Shown: positions 38,379-48,213 of the stretch, piece by piece
How positions within the stretch are numbered: position 1 is the stretch's first letter
Layout of the letters: each line of letters opens with the position of its first letter
Source of the DNA: Acidimicrobiia bacterium
GTDB taxonomy: Bacteria; Actinomycetota; Acidimicrobiia; Acidimicrobiales; JANYDT01
Assembly: GCA_031381685.1 (NCBI GenBank)
Contig: JANMYF010000055.1
Span: 1,589-65,588 of the forward strand
Length of the DNA stretch: 64,000 nt
Direction: 5' to 3'
The notes under the pieces: model-generated
Told to the model about the DNA's origin: nothing
The model's database searches: none
The model's input: the letters and a program-made list of their open reading frames with translations, nothing else
Translations under genes and position numbers: made by a program

Positions 38379-38505
38379 GGCACTCCAGCCAACCACGAGT
38401 CGAGCGGTTTCGCCGTGCACACGTGGGCCAGCACGCTCGCTTCGGCCAGGTTTCGAGCGAAAAATCGAAGCCGGCCGGCCCAAGCGAGCCAGCCGGCCGA
38501 CTGAG

Positions 38506-39780
38506 CTACGTCGCAGTCGCCGCAGTGGTCTCGACGTCCTCGAAACGATCGACGTCTCGCAGGGCGGTGAATCGCAACGCGTAGAACGCCACGACGACAA
38601 GGGTGAGCACGCCGCCGCTGACCACGGCCGCGACGGTGCCGAACAATGCGGCGGCCATGCCGCTTTCGAACGCACCGAGCTCGTTGGAGGCACCGATGAA
38701 CACGTTCTCGGTGGCGAGCACCCTTCCGCGCTGCTCGGGCGGGGTAACGAGCGGCACGAGGGTCGTGCGGACGAACACGCTCACCGAGTCACCTGCGTTC
38801 AGAAGAACAAACGCCAGGAGCGCGACCCACACGTTACGTGTCACCCCGAGCAGCACTGTCGCGGCACCGAACAAACCGACAGAGACGAGCAGCACCTGAC
38901 CCACGTGTCGGCGAACGGGCCGCACGGCCAGCCCGAGGGTGACGAGCGCGGCCCCCGCGCCGCCGGCGGCGCGCAGATAGCCCACCCACACGTCGTCGAC
39001 CTTCAAGATCTTCTCGACGATGGCAGGAAGCAGTGCCACGGCTCCGCCGAAGAGGACGGCGAAAAGATCGAGCGAGATCGCGCCAAGCAACACGGGGGTT
39101 CGGCGGATGAAGCGGAATCCCTCCAGCGCCGCCGTGAGGGTCGGACGCTCCTGCTTGGTTCCCTCCGGGGCAAGCAGATGGGCGCGTCCGATCGATCGCG
39201 GAATGAGCGAGACCAGCACGACCGAGCCAGCGAAGCACACGGCGGCGATCTCGTAGGGAAGCTGACGGCTCGCCCGATTCGCAAGCGCGCCTACTACCGG
39301 TCCGACGATCGCACTTCCCTGCCAGGCCAGCGACAAGGTGGCGACGAGACGGGCGAGCTGGCCGGGAGGCGCCGCCGCAGGAATGAGAGCCCGCATGGCC
39401 GGGGCGCCGAAGCTCCTCGTCGTGCCGTACAACGCGGCAAACACGAAGAACGGCATCACGCTCGTCGGACGATCCCGAACGAAAACCGCGAGACCGAGGA
39501 ACACCAGGATCTCGAACGAGTACACCACGGCGACGACTCTTCGGCGGTCGAAGCGGTCGGCAACGACGCCCGTGATGAGTACGAACGCGATGCTCGGCAG
39601 GAACTCGGCGAGCCCGAGCAGACCCAGATGGAACTCCCGCTTCTCGACCTTGAAGACCTGGATGCCCAGTGCGGTGACGGCGGCCATGCCGCCGAATGAG
39701 GCGAGCGCCATCGCGATGACGCCGAGAACAGCCGGTCGCCACGAATGGGTATGGACAGGTTCGGGAGAAGTCGCGGTCAT
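38506..39780 (-). CDS. MFS transporter
   Basis: About 12 hydrophobic segments. 'GVVADRFDRRR' loop typical of MFS (EntS-like). Confidence 0.8.
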   Translation of the reverse strand: MTATSPEPVHTHSWRPAVLGVIAMALASFGGMAAVTALGIQVFKVEKREFHLGLLGLAEFLPSIAFVLITGVVADRFDRRRVVAVVYSFEILVFLGLAVFVRDRPTSVMPFFVFAALYGTTRSFGAPAMRALIPAAAPPGQLARLVATLSLAWQGSAIVGPVVGALANRASRQLPYEIAAVCFAGSVVLVSLIPRSIGRAHLLAPEGTKQERPTLTAALEGFRFIRRTPVLLGAISLDLFAVLFGGAVALLPAIVEKILKVDDVWVGYLRAAGGAGAALVTLGLAVRPVRRHVGQVLLVSVGLFGAATVLLGVTRNVWVALLAFVLLNAGDSVSVFVRTTLVPLVTPPEQRGRVLATENVFIGASNELGAFESGMAAALFGTVAAVVSGGVLTLVVVAFYALRFTALRDVDRFEDVETTAATAT

Positions 39781-39829
39781 CAAATCTTTCGGCACAACGA
39801 GGGACCGTTGACCGTAGCCCGCGGAGCAC

Positions 39830-40738
39830 TCACCACCGGGGTTGAATGGTCAGCCGCGGGCCGTACTTCGGCGGGCTCACTCCAGCGGCGCTGATGAGGC
39901 GAAGGACGCGGCCCCGGTGCGGACGAAAGGGCTCGAGCAACTCCACCATCCGCTCGTCGGTGCCCCGCGGTTCGCCGGCGAGCGCCCAGCTGGCCGAGTT
40001 CTTCAGGTGGTAGTCACCGACGGACACCGCGTCACCGTCACCAAGGGCGGTCTGCGCCACCTCCGCGACCGTCCATTCACCGATCCCCGGAAGTGCCTGC
40101 AGACGCGCCCGGCCGTCGGCCAGCGGCATCTCGGCGGCTTCCTGCAGACGACGGGCATAGGCCGCCGCGCGCCGGATGGTGTCCGATCGTTTACGTTCGA
40201 CGCCGCAGGCGTGGAACACGTGGCTCGGTGTCTGGGCAACCACCTCCGGGTCGAGAGGAAGGACGAGGCGATGCTGGGCGAAGGGTCCGGGTGCGGGTTC
40301 GGCCAGGCGAGCCAGCAGCGATCCGAAGGACTGCCGTGATTCGAGCCCAGTCACCTTCTGTTCGAGGATCACCGGGACCAGCATCTCGAAGACCGCCTGG
40401 GTGCATGGCACCCGCATGCCGGGAAAGCGACGATGCCAGTCGTTCACCTGGGCATTGACGTTCGGGAAGGTGCTGTGATCGTCGCCTCCGCCGATCAGGA
40501 CGGGTGCCCGTTCACAGAGCCATTCCGCGCCCGGCCCCCACGCCTGCACCTCGACCCGCCCGGCGAGCAGGCGCAGCAGCTGCGTGCCCGGACCGAGCGG
40601 CGTACGCGTGGCCCGGAGCACCTCCGTGCGCAGCACCCGCATCGTGCGATCCCGCCGCCCCCGCCAGAGCACGCCCAGCGTGTGGCGCAGGTCGGTGGGG
40701 TGGACCGGCGTGAACGTTCGCGTGCAGGCCGGGAGCAA
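39830..40738 (-). CDS. DNA-3-methyladenine glycosylase II / HhH-GPD family (AlkA-like)
   Basis: 'LQALPGIGEWTVAEVAQ' HhH motif followed by 'VGDYHL'. Confidence 0.75.
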   Translation of the reverse strand: MLPACTRTFTPVHPTDLRHTLGVLWRGRRDRTMRVLRTEVLRATRTPLGPGTQLLRLLAGRVEVQAWGPGAEWLCERAPVLIGGGDDHSTFPNVNAQVNDWHRRFPGMRVPCTQAVFEMLVPVILEQKVTGLESRQSFGSLLARLAEPAPGPFAQHRLVLPLDPEVVAQTPSHVFHACGVERKRSDTIRRAAAYARRLQEAAEMPLADGRARLQALPGIGEWTVAEVAQTALGDGDAVSVGDYHLKNSASWALAGEPRGTDERMVELLEPFRPHRGRVLRLISAAGVSPPKYGPRLTIQPRW

Positions 40739-40750
40739 CGGGGCGATTCC

Positions 40751-41368
40751 TCAGACGAACCGGTTGGGAGGCAGCAGGTCGCGCCCGTGGAGGTGGGTCA
40801 ACTCGTTCATCGAGCGCAGGGTGCGATGCCCTCTCGACGAGGCCATCACGCGATGGATCGACGTGTACTCAGGGTGGAAGAACCCGCCCGGGCGGGGGAG
40901 CTCGAGGATGTGGGCGAGGTACGCGCCGATGACCCCGCCATGGCACACCACAGCGACGCGCTCACCGGGATGGGCATCGATGATGCGATTCATCGCCGCG
41001 ACGACGTTCTTCTGGAACGTGACCGGGTCGCTCGCGCCGACCCACTCGCCGGCCATCATCGCCTGCCACATCGGGTGGTTGCTGGCCTTGAGCTCCTCCA
41101 CCGGGATGTAGCTGTTGGAATCGCGGTCCCATTCCGCCAGGTCGTGATCGACGGAGACCTCCAGACCGGTACGGTCGAGAAGCGGCTGGGCGGTCTCTCG
41201 GGCACGGGCCATCGGTGACGACCACACGGCGTCGATCCCCTCGGCCACCAGGTAGTCGGCGAGGGCAGCGGCCTGGCGGTGGCCGAGCTCGTCGAGCCTC
41301 GGATCGGCAGCGCCCTCCTCGACGATCACCTTGAGTGGGAGGGCATGTCGGACGATCAGGAGTTCCAT
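40751..41368 (-). CDS. Histidine phosphatase family protein (phosphoglycerate-mutase-like)
   Basis: 'LLIVRHA', 'LDELGHRQA', 'SSPMARARETA', 'VVCHGGVI'. Overlaps the rsgA stop by 13 nt. Confidence 0.8.
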   Translation of the reverse strand: MELLIVRHALPLKVIVEEGAADPRLDELGHRQAAALADYLVAEGIDAVWSSPMARARETAQPLLDRTGLEVSVDHDLAEWDRDSNSYIPVEELKASNHPMWQAMMAGEWVGASDPVTFQKNVVAAMNRIIDAHPGERVAVVCHGGVIGAYLAHILELPRPGGFFHPEYTSIHRVMASSRGHRTLRSMNELTHLHGRDLLPPNRFV

Positions 41369-42444
41369 GGTGGGGTACGAGGGTACCGGCGCTTGCCCGT
41401 GGACACCGAAACCTCCGGTGTCGGGGTGGTCTTGCGACGCTGGGTCTGCACCGCGAGTTCGGCCTGCAGCTTGGCGAATCCGAGGTAGCGCTCCTCGGTC
41501 AGTTCGCCGGACGAGAGCGCCTCGCGGATCGCGCAGCCGGGCTCGGTGCCGTGGGAGCAGTTGGTGAAACGGCACTGGTCGGCGAGTTCGGCGACGTCGT
41601 CGAACACCTCGCCGAGCATGTCACCGTCGGCCTCGTCGTCGGAGCTCCAGGGAGCAACTTCGCGAATCCCGGGCGTGTCGATCAGCAGCGCTCCCGAGGG
41701 GAGGACGACGAGTTCGCGCCACGTGGTGGTGTGGCGTCCCCGGCCGTCGGAGTCGCGCACTTCGCCCGTCTTCAGCCGGGCATAGCCGAGGAAGCTGTTG
41801 GCGAGCGTGGACTTCCCGGCCCCAGACGGGCCGATGACGACGAGGGTCGCGCCGCGGACGTTCCACTTGTCGAGCTGATCGACGCCCTCGCCGGTGCGGG
41901 CGTTGACGGCGATGACGGGAACGCTGCGGGCGATCGACTCGACCCAGGACATGTCGGTCTCGAGATCGGACTTGGTCAGCACGAGGACCGGCGACGCCCC
42001 GCTGGCGGCGACAACGGTGAGTTCGCGTTCGGTGCGTCGAGGGTTGGCTTTGGCATCGCCGGGGACGCACACGAACACGGTGTCGACGTTGGCGGCGATG
42101 ACCTGCGCCCGGGACGGGTCGCCGCTCGCGCCACGGACGAGCACACTGCGGCGCTCGAGTACACCTTCGACCGACCCGCTGCCCTCCTCGAATCTCGGAG
42201 TCACGTAGACCCATTCACCGACCGCCAGACCGTGTTCGTTGCGCAGTGTCGTACGCAATCGTCCGCGTAGCCCGCACAGCAGATCACCGGTCTCCGTGCG
42301 TACCGTCCAGCCCCCACGGTCGTGGCGGATGATCCGACCCGGAACCGTGCCGTCGGGAAGTTCCGACGCGCTGTCCCGCTCCCGCGTCCAACCCAGGCCG
42401 ACGAGAGCAGGGAAGCGCCACGCCGGCGACGACGGCTCAGGCAT
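41356..42444 (-). CDS. rsgA: Ribosome small-subunit-dependent GTPase A
   Basis: 'VLVLTKSDL', 'GPSGAGKSTLAN' and zinc knuckle 'CRFTNCSHGTEPGCA'. Confidence 0.9.
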   Translation of the reverse strand: MPEPSSPAWRFPALVGLGWTRERDSASELPDGTVPGRIIRHDRGGWTVRTETGDLLCGLRGRLRTTLRNEHGLAVGEWVYVTPRFEEGSGSVEGVLERRSVLVRGASGDPSRAQVIAANVDTVFVCVPGDAKANPRRTERELTVVAASGASPVLVLTKSDLETDMSWVESIARSVPVIAVNARTGEGVDQLDKWNVRGATLVVIGPSGAGKSTLANSFLGYARLKTGEVRDSDGRGRHTTTWRELVVLPSGALLIDTPGIREVAPWSSDDEADGDMLGEVFDDVAELADQCRFTNCSHGTEPGCAIREALSSGELTEERYLGFAKLQAELAVQTQRRKTTPTPEVSVSTGKRRYPRTPPWNS

Positions 42445-42488
42445 GCGCTGCGTCGATCATCTCGACACGGGGTGACGAGTCGGGGTGC

Positions 42489-43694
42489 TCACGATGCGAC
42501 ACCGGCGTGTTCGAGCGCTACCGCCCAGGTCGCGCTGTCGGCAAGCAATGGGCGGTAACCCATCAGCGCTTTGATCCGGTTCAGGCCGAGCGCCCCGATG
42601 AGCCGCTCACCCTTGCGGTACAGGGCGACGCCGACGCCCGCTGCGGGATCACCGTCGACGACGCGCACCTCGTCGAAACCGGTGGAGCGGCCGAGGAACT
42701 GGATCTTGGTGCCGTACTGGTCGCTCCAGAAGTAGGGGACCGGGGTGAAGGGTTCGGTACCACCGAGCAGGGTCTGGGCGGCGTGGTCGGCCATCTCGAC
42801 CGCGTTGGTCCAATGCTCGATCCGCATCACCTCGCCGTATCGCTCGTTCGGCCACCGTGCGATGTCGCCACAGGCGACGACACCATCGACCACCCGGTTC
42901 TCGAGGTCCACGACTCGACATGTCGCATCGCAGAGGACCCCGTCGGCCAAGGCGAGACCGGATCCCTCCAGCCATGCGGTGTTCGGCGCAACGCCGATCC
43001 CGACGACGATCACGTCGGCCTCGATGGTCGTGCCATCGGCGAGGTGCACTCCGTCGGCTTCGATGGTCGCGACCCCGATCCCGACGATCAGCCTCGTCGC
43101 GTTGCGCTCATGCAGCGCGGCGCACGCCGTTCCCATGGCCTCGCCGAGCTGCCGCTCCAGCGGCACGGGGGCGGCTTCGACGACGGTGACCTCACAGCCC
43201 TTGGTCCGTGCCGTGGAGGCGACCTCGGCTCCGATGAATCCGGCACCCACCACCACCACGCGCGCTCCCTCGATCAGTCGTGGTGCCAAAGCCTCGGCAT
43301 CGTCAAGCGTGCGCAGGGTGAACACCGGCGCACCCTCATCGTGGGGGAGACGACGGACGGACGTCCCGGTTGCGATGACCAGCGAGTCGAACGGGAATGC
43401 ACCGGCGGCGGAGTGGACGGTTCGGGTGCTGAGGTCGAGCGACGTGGCGGTCACGCCGGCGTGGTGGGTGATGTCCTGGTCGGCGAGCGCGGTGTCCGCA
43501 CGCATGAGCCAGAGCCGATCGCGATCGGCAACACCGGCGAGAAACTGCTTGGACAACGGGGGCCGGTCGTACGGTCGATGCGACTCGGAGCCGAGCAGCA
43601 TGATCGGACCGTCGTGCCCATGACGGCGCACCGCTTCGGCGCAGCGGACCCCGGCGAGCGAGGCCCCGACGATGACAACGCGCGACGTCATCAC
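42489..43694 (-). CDS. FAD-dependent ferredoxin reductase (NAD(P)H)
   Basis: 'VVIVGASLAG' and 'VVVVGAGFIGAE' dinucleotide folds, 'RPPLSK'. Confidence 0.85.
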   Translation of the reverse strand: MMTSRVVIVGASLAGVRCAEAVRRHGHDGPIMLLGSESHRPYDRPPLSKQFLAGVADRDRLWLMRADTALADQDITHHAGVTATSLDLSTRTVHSAAGAFPFDSLVIATGTSVRRLPHDEGAPVFTLRTLDDAEALAPRLIEGARVVVVGAGFIGAEVASTARTKGCEVTVVEAAPVPLERQLGEAMGTACAALHERNATRLIVGIGVATIEADGVHLADGTTIEADVIVVGIGVAPNTAWLEGSGLALADGVLCDATCRVVDLENRVVDGVVACGDIARWPNERYGEVMRIEHWTNAVEMADHAAQTLLGGTEPFTPVPYFWSDQYGTKIQFLGRSTGFDEVRVVDGDPAAGVGVALYRKGERLIGALGLNRIKALMGYRPLLADSATWAVALEHAGVAS

Positions 43695-43707
43695 GAATGC
43701 ACGGCGC

Positions 43708-43899
43708 TCATCCTTCGACGGTGATCGCTTGGGTCGGACAGAGCATGGCAGCCTCTGTCACTTTGGCGCGGTGCTCCTCGCCCGGTTCCTCGATCAGGAT
43801 GTACAAGAAGCCATCGTCGCGGACTTCGAACACTTCGGGCGCCGCGCTCATGCACAGCGCGTTGGACTGACAACGATCAAAGTCGACGGTGATCTTCAT
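43708..43899 (-). CDS. Small 3Fe-4S/4Fe-4S-type ferredoxin
   Basis: 63 aa with 'DRCQSNALCMSAAPEVF...MLCP'. Lies 13 nt upstream of the reductase gene. Confidence 0.85.
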   Translation of the reverse strand: MKITVDFDRCQSNALCMSAAPEVFEVRDDGFLYILIEEPGEEHRAKVTEAAMLCPTQAITVEG

Positions 43900-44007
43900 G
43901 GCCGAATCCTACGTAGTCGGGGCCGACGGCCGAAACCCCGACTGTCCGCGCCCAGGGCAGACCGCTGGAGGTCACGGCTCGGGCCGGCGGGATGCCAGGA
44001 TCGAGTC

Positions 44008-44454
44008 ATGACCGACCGTCCTGTCACGCTGACCACGGGCCTTCCCGAGACGATCGTGGATCTCGAACCGCCCGACGCCCTGAAGGCACTGTCCGATGCT
44101 CTCGCCGTTGTCGACCCGGCAGCCCGGCGAGAGGCCGTCTCCCTCGTCGCTGCCCGCTACCCGCGCATGCTCGATGCCTGGGCGCAAGTGGGCCGCCTCG
44201 GTCGAGATCCCATCGAGCGCTACGCCGCTCACCGGGTCGGATATCACCGCGGTCTCGACCGTCTCCGGGCATCAGGCTGGCGCGGGAGCGGGTACGTGCG
44301 GTGGCGGCACGAATCGAACCGGGGTTTCCTCCGGGCGCTGGACGGCCTGCGCATGGCCGCCACGGAGATCGGTGAGCTCGACGAGGCCGAGCGCTGCACG
44401 ACATTCCTTCACCAACTCGACCCCGACTGGGACCGGAGGCCCGATGCCGACTGA
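44008..44454 (+). CDS. DUF3151-like conserved actinobacterial protein
   Basis: 148 aa, 'YPRMLDAWAQVG...HRVGYHRGLDRLRASGWRGSGYVRW'. Family assignment is from memory only. Confidence 0.55.
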   Translation: MTDRPVTLTTGLPETIVDLEPPDALKALSDALAVVDPAARREAVSLVAARYPRMLDAWAQVGRLGRDPIERYAAHRVGYHRGLDRLRASGWRGSGYVRWRHESNRGFLRALDGLRMAATEIGELDEAERCTTFLHQLDPDWDRRPDAD

Positions 44455-45466
44455 CGTCGCCACGGAGCCGCCCGCGTCGATCGACCGGCTGGCCGGTCTC
44501 GAGGTGTCGCCCGGCGAGATCAGGGCGGCGCTCGCACTCGTCGCCGGCACCGTCCACCGCACGCCGCTCCTTCGATGCTCGACGCTCGACGGCAGAGTCG
44601 GGGCGAACGTCTTCTCGAAGGCCGAGAATCTCCAGCGCACCGGTTCGTTCAAGATCCGTGGTGCGCTCCACCGGTTGCTCCGGCTCAGTGCCGAAGAACG
44701 GGCTGCGGGAGTCGTCGCGTTCTCCTCCGGCAACCATGCCCAGGGAGTCGCGCTGGCGGCTCAGCTCGTCGGCGTCAAGGCGACGATCGTCATGCCGACC
44801 GACGCGCCGCAGGTGAAGCGCGAGGCCACGGCCGGTTACGGCGCCGAGATCGTCGACTACGACCGCAAGACCGAGGATCGCGAAGCGTTGGCTGCCCGGA
44901 TCGTCGCCGAACGGGGTGGCACGGTCGTCCCGCCGTTCAACGATCCGCTCATCATCGCTGGGCAGGGGACCGTCGGCCTCGAGATCGCCCAGCAACTCTC
45001 GGCCCAGGACATCGTGCCCGACGTCGCCGTCCTGCCGATCGGTGGTGGGGGATTGGCCAGCGGGATCGCCATCGCCCTCGTCGACGCCTTCCCGGCCATT
45101 CGGATCATCGGGGTCGAACCGGCCTCGGCCGACGATGCCCGGCGTTCGCTCCTGGCCGGTTCGATCGTCACGATCGATCAGCCGGTGACCATTGCCGACG
45201 GTGTCGCCACCCGAGCCGTAGGCACGCATACGTTCCCGATTCTTCGCGCTTTGCTCGATGAGATCGTGACCGTGACGGATGAGGAGTTACTAAGCGCGCT
45301 GCGTTTCGTGCTCGAACGGATGAAACAGGTGGTCGAGCCGACCGGAGCGTTGACCACGTCGGCGTTGCTCGAAGGACGCGTGGACGTGAAAGGGAAGACC
45401 GTGGTCTCGGTACTCTGCGGCGGCAACCTCGATCTCGGGCTACTCGGACGACTGAGCGCCGCATGA
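44444..45466 (+). CDS. Threonine/serine ammonia-lyase (PLP-dependent, short form)
   Basis: 'TGSFKIRGA' (PLP Lys), 'SSGNHAQGVA', 'GGGGLASG'. Confidence 0.85.
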   Translation: MPTDVATEPPASIDRLAGLEVSPGEIRAALALVAGTVHRTPLLRCSTLDGRVGANVFSKAENLQRTGSFKIRGALHRLLRLSAEERAAGVVAFSSGNHAQGVALAAQLVGVKATIVMPTDAPQVKREATAGYGAEIVDYDRKTEDREALAARIVAERGGTVVPPFNDPLIIAGQGTVGLEIAQQLSAQDIVPDVAVLPIGGGGLASGIAIALVDAFPAIRIIGVEPASADDARRSLLAGSIVTIDQPVTIADGVATRAVGTHTFPILRALLDEIVTVTDEELLSALRFVLERMKQVVEPTGALTTSALLEGRVDVKGKTVVSVLCGGNLDLGLLGRLSAA

Positions 45467-46233
45467 GCACCCTCGCCGACGATCTGGCCTTTGCGCTGCG
45501 GCTGGCCGATGCGGCCGACGAAATCACCGTGGAGCACTTCCGCAACCTCAGCCTCGTCGTCGAGCGCAAGGCCGACCGCACGGAGGTGACCGTTGCCGAT
45601 CGCGGGGCAGAGAACGCCATCCGGTCGCTCATTGCCACCGAACGGCCCGACGACGGCATCCTGGGCGAGGAGCACGGCACGCTCGAAGGGGCGTCGGGAT
45701 GCCGGTGGATCATCGATCCGATCGATGGCACCAGCAACTACGTACGCGGCGTGCCGCTCTGGGCGACGCTCATCGCGTTGGAGCGTAATGGTGAGCTCGT
45801 CGTCGGTGTGGCCTCGTGCCCGCCGCTCGCTCGTCGGTGGTGGGGTGCGATCGGGCTCGGAGCCTGCCTCAACGGTGAGGCGATCCGGGTTTCCGCAATC
45901 GACGCCGTTGGCGATGCCTTCCTCAGTTACTGCGAGAGCCCGGAGTGGGAGTCCAAAGGCCGTCGCGCCGGAGTTGACCGGTTGCGCAGCATGGTGACCC
46001 GCGAGCGCGCGTTCGGCGACTTCTGGCAGCACATGCTCGTCGCCGAAGGCGCGATCGATATCGCCGTCGAGGCGGTCGTCTCGTTGTGGGATCTTGCTGC
46101 CGTCCAGGTGATCGTCGAAGCAGCAGGTGGTCGGTTCACCGATCTGGACGGAAATGCCAGGGCCGATGGCGGGAGCGCCGTGTCGACGAATGCGCTGCTC
46201 CACGATGCCGTGCTCCGCACACTGAACGCGTGA
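45463..46233 (+). CDS. hisN: Inositol-monophosphatase-family histidinol-phosphatase
   Basis: 'GEEHG' and 'WIIDPIDGTSNYVRG'. The N-terminus resembles actinobacterial HisN. ATGA overlap with the upstream stop. Confidence 0.7.
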   Translation: MSTLADDLAFALRLADAADEITVEHFRNLSLVVERKADRTEVTVADRGAENAIRSLIATERPDDGILGEEHGTLEGASGCRWIIDPIDGTSNYVRGVPLWATLIALERNGELVVGVASCPPLARRWWGAIGLGACLNGEAIRVSAIDAVGDAFLSYCESPEWESKGRRAGVDRLRSMVTRERAFGDFWQHMLVAEGAIDIAVEAVVSLWDLAAVQVIVEAAGGRFTDLDGNARADGGSAVSTNALLHDAVLRTLNA

Positions 46234-46255
46234 ACACGGCACCGATCAGCGCGCA

Positions 46256-47113
46256 TTGTTGTTTGGGTCGCAGGGGCGCTTACGGAGAGTTGAGTCCGGT
46301 GTGCGCATAGCAACGGTCAACCTGCTCCACGGACGCTCCCTCACCGACGGTCTTGTCGACACCGAACGCATGATCCGAGCTGTCGGCGAACTCGGAGCGT
46401 CGGTGGTCGGGCTGCAGGAGGTCGATCGGAATCAGAAGCGCTCGGGAAACGTGGACCAGACAGCCGTTCTCGCGAGATCGATGGCAACCGGCTCCGGACA
46501 CGTGAGTTACCGATTCGTTCCCGCGATCGTCGGAGAGCCCGGCGCCCGGTGGTCGGCCGCGGCGCACGCCGATCCCCTGAGCGGACATGATCTGGAGACC
46601 GGCGACGCACTTCCGGCGGCGTACGGGATCGGTCTCATCTCGCTCCTGCCCGTCGAGTCGTGGCATGTGATCCGGCTGCCCGCCGCTCCGGTCCGATCAC
46701 CGATCCTGCTGCCGGGGACCCGGCGGCCGATGATGCTTCCGGACGAGCCGCGGGCGGCTCTCATCGCGGTCCTGCCCGACGGAGTGGCTCCGTTCCGCAC
46801 CGTCGCAACGACGCACCTGTCGTTCGTGCCGGGTTGGAACGTCGGCCAACTCCGTCGGGTGCTCCGCGCCCTGGCGGAGCTCCCCGGGCCGCGGGTCCTG
46901 CTCGGTGACCTCAACCTGCCGCGCGCCGTCGTCTCCCGGAGTTCGCGCCGATGGACATCTCTGGCCGCCGTCCCCACGTACCCGCGAACAGATCCCAGAA
47001 TCCAGTTCGACCACGTGATGACCGACGCAACGTCGGTCATGGTCGGATCGTCCAGCCGAGCCGTTGCCATGACCATCTCGGACCACTTGGCGTTGGTCAC
47101 CGACTTCCGCTGA
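46256..47113 (+). CDS. Endonuclease/exonuclease/phosphatase (EEP) family protein
   Basis: 'IATVNLLHG', 'VVGLQEVD', 'ISDHLALV'. The true start may be GTG at 46301. Confidence 0.75.
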   Translation: MLFGSQGRLRRVESGVRIATVNLLHGRSLTDGLVDTERMIRAVGELGASVVGLQEVDRNQKRSGNVDQTAVLARSMATGSGHVSYRFVPAIVGEPGARWSAAAHADPLSGHDLETGDALPAAYGIGLISLLPVESWHVIRLPAAPVRSPILLPGTRRPMMLPDEPRAALIAVLPDGVAPFRTVATTHLSFVPGWNVGQLRRVLRALAELPGPRVLLGDLNLPRAVVSRSSRRWTSLAAVPTYPRTDPRIQFDHVMTDATSVMVGSSSRAVAMTISDHLALVTDFR

Positions 47114-47194
47114 TCACGCCGATTGTCGTGATGCGAGCAACGATGGCCGGACGCGCCGTCATGGCCCCGCCGCGCCGCGGGCGAGACTGGGGGA

Positions 47195-47842
47195 GTGGAC
47201 GCAATCGTGCTTGCCGGTGGAGCGAGCCGCCGGATGGGGACGGACAAGACCCGGATCGTTCTGGGTGGCCGTACGCTCCTCGAACGCAGCATCGATGCCC
47301 TTCGTCAGGCCGGCGCCGAACGGATCGTGGTCGTCAGCCGCGATGGTGACGCCACGGGACTGCCTGACGGTGTGCTCGCCGTTGCCGACTCGAGCCCCGG
47401 CAGCGGTCCACTCGGCGGCATCGTCGACGGCCTGCGCCATCTGGCCGGCGTCGACCGAGGAGCGGCCGACGCCCCCGCGCGGCCCGGCGACGATGTGGTC
47501 GTCGTCGTTGCGTCCGATCATCCTGATCACGATCCGGACGAACTTGCCTTCGTGGCCTCGCTGCTGGCTACTGCGAAGCCGCGGACAGCGGCGGCCATCC
47601 CCGTCGTCGACGGGCGCGACCAGACGCTCCACGCAGCGTACCGCCGATGGTTGGCCGAACCGCTCGCCGCACAATTCGATGCGGGGGAGCGGTCGCTTCA
47701 TCGGGCGCTCGATGCGCACCCGACCCTGCGCGTCGAGCGCACCGGGCCCGTCCGGCGTTCCTATCGCGACCTCGACGATCCGACCGACCTCGCGGCCTAC
47801 CGGGCCGAGTCGGCGAGTGTCCGGGAGGGAACCAGCGGGTAG
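47195..47842 (+). CDS. mobA: Molybdenum cofactor guanylyltransferase
   Basis: 'AIVLAGGASRRMGTDK', about 215 aa. Confidence 0.8.
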   Translation: MDAIVLAGGASRRMGTDKTRIVLGGRTLLERSIDALRQAGAERIVVVSRDGDATGLPDGVLAVADSSPGSGPLGGIVDGLRHLAGVDRGAADAPARPGDDVVVVVASDHPDHDPDELAFVASLLATAKPRTAAAIPVVDGRDQTLHAAYRRWLAEPLAAQFDAGERSLHRALDAHPTLRVERTGPVRRSYRDLDDPTDLAAYRAESASVREGTSG

Positions 47843-47853
47843 TCTGGGCCACG

Positions 47854-48213
47854 ATGAACGACCCCGTACCAGGGATCGGGGTCGCCGAACTCGGAACTGC
47901 GTTGCGCGTCGGTGGCATCCTGATCGATGTTCGTGAGCCCGACGAATACGTCCAAGCCCACGTCGGTGGCGCCCGGCTCGTCCCGCTGCAGAACGTCCCC
48001 GAAGTGGTCCCCGAACTCCCGACCGATCAACCGGTCTACGTCATCTGTCTCAGCGGCGGCCGCAGTCATCGCGCTGCATCGTTCCTGCGTAGCCAAGGCA
48101 TTGACGCAATCAACGTGCTCGGTGGCACCACTGCATGGCTACAGGCCGGACTGCCCTACCAGAGCGGTTCGGAGCCCGGCGCGCTCGCACCGTCGGAAGT
48201 GAACGAGCGATGA
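47854..48213 (+). CDS. Rhodanese-domain sulfurtransferase
   Basis: 'LIDVREPDEY' and active-site loop 'VICLSGGRS'. Confidence 0.85.
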   Translation: MNDPVPGIGVAELGTALRVGGILIDVREPDEYVQAHVGGARLVPLQNVPEVVPELPTDQPVYVICLSGGRSHRAASFLRSQGIDAINVLGGTTAWLQAGLPYQSGSEPGALAPSEVNER